A stretch of DNA of 64,000 nt from the human T2T-CHM13v2.0 reference genome, Homo sapiens: assembly GCF_009914755.1 (NCBI RefSeq), contig NC_060928.1; one strand, written 5' to 3'. The notes beneath the pieces were generated by a model. It ran no database searches, was not told the origin of the DNA, and worked only from the letters and a program-made list of their open reading frames with translations. Positions within the stretch are counted from its first letter, which is position 1. Each line of letters opens with the position of its first letter. Made by a program: the position numbers and the translations under genes. Positions 61,993 to 64,000 of the stretch are shown here, piece by piece.

Positions 61993-62553
61993 TGTAGGAA
62001 GGGAAAAATATCTTTTCCTTCTACCCTTTTAAATTCAGAGCTGAATCCTTTATAATAAAAGATTAACCAGAGAAAAACATAGTGGTTTATTTAAACAAGT
62101 TCTACGTAACACAAGGGCCATCCTCAGGAAGTGAAGATCAGAGGAAACAGTTACACTTGAGTGTTTTTAGTAGTAGGTTTGATGAAGAATGGAGAGACAC
62201 TTGCAGAAATATGATCAGGCAAAAAGAGTACTAGATCTAATAGGAATAAATGGAGGGAAACTTAGCAGAGCCCGTTTGTTCAGATTCTCCTCTGGGTCCC
62301 TGTGTCTTGGGAGATAGGGAACTGCCTTTCCTCTGTGGATACAGGAAGAGCACCTCTCACATGAGGGTCCTACGATGTGTTTTAGAGGAAGGTCAGCAAA
62401 GGTTTTATTACCTGCTTCCGGGGAGAAAGGTGGCAAAGGAAGGTCAGAGTAATATTTCCACTTAAAATTTGCCATTTTCTCAAATCCTTCAGCTTAAAAA
62501 ATTCAGTTTGCCAAGGTGCCATATTTTGGGGCAGCGTGTCCTCAACCCCATCA
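61993..62553 (-). mobile_element. ERV1 solo LTR (MER31/MER67-like)
   Basis: Minus strand begins tgatggggttgaggacacgctgccccaaaatatggcaccttggca; TG...CA ends; TSD-like ctta/ctga. Confidence 0.75.
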
Positions 62554-62822
62554 CTGATTATTAAATCTGACCCTGCAGTTAATCCTGTAAATCAACTCAG
62601 ATAAGCAACTGTAGCCATATAATGATGGCCAGGAGATTAAGTTCCACCTTAACTCTGGAAAAGCATGTTTATATTTTAATGTCAAGAGCTGCCCTCTTGT
62701 CTATATGTGCTTTTTTATTGTTATTAGTAACTATAATTATGCTTGACATTAACAATGGCTATAACAAATATGAAAGCCAAAAGAATCAAAGGAAACGTTT
62801 TGCTATTAAAGTACTTAAGTAT

Positions 62823-62843
62823 TTTATTTAAATTCGTTTTATT
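62823..62843 (-). terminator. Tandem AATAAA poly(A) signals of the minus-strand transcript
   Basis: tttatt on + strand at 62823-62828 and 62838-62843. Confidence 0.65.
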
Positions 62844-62855
62844 GGTATCTTTGAT

Positions 62856-63153
62856 TTTTTTTTTTTTTTTTTTTTGAGACAGAGTCTTGCTCTGCACCAG
62901 GCTGTAATGCAGTGGCGTGATCTTGGTTCACTGCAAACTCTGCCTGCCAGGTTCAAGTGATTCTCCTGCCTCAGCCTCCTGAGGAGCTGGGACTACAGGC
63001 GCGCACCACCACACCCAGCTAATTTTTGTGTTTTTAGTAGAGACAGGGTTTCACCATGTTGGCCAGGATGGTCTCGATCCCTTGACCTCATGATCCTCCC
63101 ACCTCAGAATCCCAAAGTGCTGGGATTACAGGCATGAGCCACTGCGCCTGGCC
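62856..63153 (-). mobile_element. AluSc-like element inside the minus-strand terminal exon
   Basis: Dimer with T20 tail; TSD-like tctttga. Confidence 0.93.
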
Positions 63154-63870
63154 TCTTTGAATTTTTTTAAAAACATCCTGGTGCTAAAAGGCAGCAAGAT
63201 TCATAAATGCAAACAAACATATAAATAAACAACCAGGCCCTCTTCCCTTTTAAATAATCTGTGAAATAAAAATAATCTATCTGCATAGGAAACAATTATC
63301 AAATCAGCATCTACAATGTGGCCCAATAAAAGAAAGGGTTTTCATATTTGATCCTGTTTTTGGTTCCTCAAAATTAAAAACTTGGCTCCACTCTGTGCTG
63401 TATAATGATAGATTTTTTTTAAGAAGAGAGAGAGTGGGAATTCTCTTGCTGTTTCCATGGGTTTCATAATCTTTTTTTCCATGACTCATAATGGCTTCTT
63501 GCAAACACTCTTGTTCCCTTGATCTCATGGAGCGAATGAATGCTCTTAAGCTAGTTTTCATCAACCAGTCAGCATTCCTCCTGCTTTCCAACTGTGCATC
63601 CTCAGCTGGACACAAACATTTTCCAGTCTACTCATTCACAAAATAAACTTCTGAGTATTCTTCAAAGGGCTCGGTCCAACTTGCCCGGGGATATTCTGAA
63701 GATTTAAATAAAAGCAAGAAAATATTATTCACACAAAAATTTTGTTAAGTGTTACTTGAATTAGAATGGGCAGAAAACAATTTTAAAACCGTTTGTTAAA
63801 ACTATGGCTTATAAGACCACCAAAAAATGTTCTCAAGTCTCTGATTCAGGGCTCTTTCAGGGCAACCTGA

Positions 63871-64000
63871 CCGCCTCAGCCTCCCAAAGTACTGGGATTA
63901 CAGGCGTGAGCCACCACACCCTTCCATGACTTCTTTTCCTTTGGGTAGATACCCAGTAGTGGGATTGCTAAATGGAACAGTAGTTCTATTTTTAGTTTTT
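63871..64000 (-). mobile_element. Alu 5' fragment joined to an L1 fragment (runs off the window)
   Basis: cctcagcctcccaaagtactgggattacaggcgtgagcc then tcctttgggtagatacccagtagtgggattgc. Confidence 0.8.

Larger units (their letters stand above)
62797..63695 (-). other. TMEM156: Terminal (mostly or wholly 3' UTR) exon of the convergent gene, most likely TMEM156
   Basis: Minus-strand acceptor ttttcttgcttttatttaaatcttcag|AATATCCCC at 63696/63695; two minus-strand AATAAA at 62838-62843 and 62823-62828; identity inferred from known FAM114A1-TMEM156 tail-to-tail synteny, not from coding sequence. Confidence 0.72.

Noticed and set aside
63304-63615. 103-aa minus-strand ORF within the terminal exon
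   Set aside because: Non-ATG start, lies in the inferred 3' UTR, and matches no protein I recognise.

Overview
Primate (almost certainly human) genomic DNA, not prokaryotic. The + strand carries the 3' two-thirds of FAM114A1 (Noxp20): 11 GT-AG coding exons between 1573 and 39612 splice into one frame ([10 protein letters not shown]...TSCLKAQP*, 1256 nt), followed by a ~2.2 kb 3' UTR ending near 41790. A ~21 kb repeat-rich intergenic region follows. The window ends with a - strand terminal exon (63695 to ~62800) that fits the convergent neighbour TMEM156. About 40 Alus, MIR/L2/L1 fragments, DNA transposons (MER53, MER1, MER5, MER96-like) and solo LTRs (THE1 x3, MST/MLT1, LTR10-like, MER31/MER67-like) make up much of the rest, and nearly all ORFs in the supplied track are repeat-derived or chance. 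I found no evidence for a new biological system. The best leads are: an apparently APOBEC3-hypermutated ERV LTR; co-oriented LTRs plus a perfect NF-kB site in the intergenic region; clustered miR-142-3p/miR-19 sites and alternative polyadenylation in the FAM114A1 UTR; a miR-1302-like MER53 hairpin; inverted-Alu pairs; and unusual splice acceptors. Repeat subfamily names, exon numbers and gene identities come from recalled sequences, and repeat boundaries are approximate.
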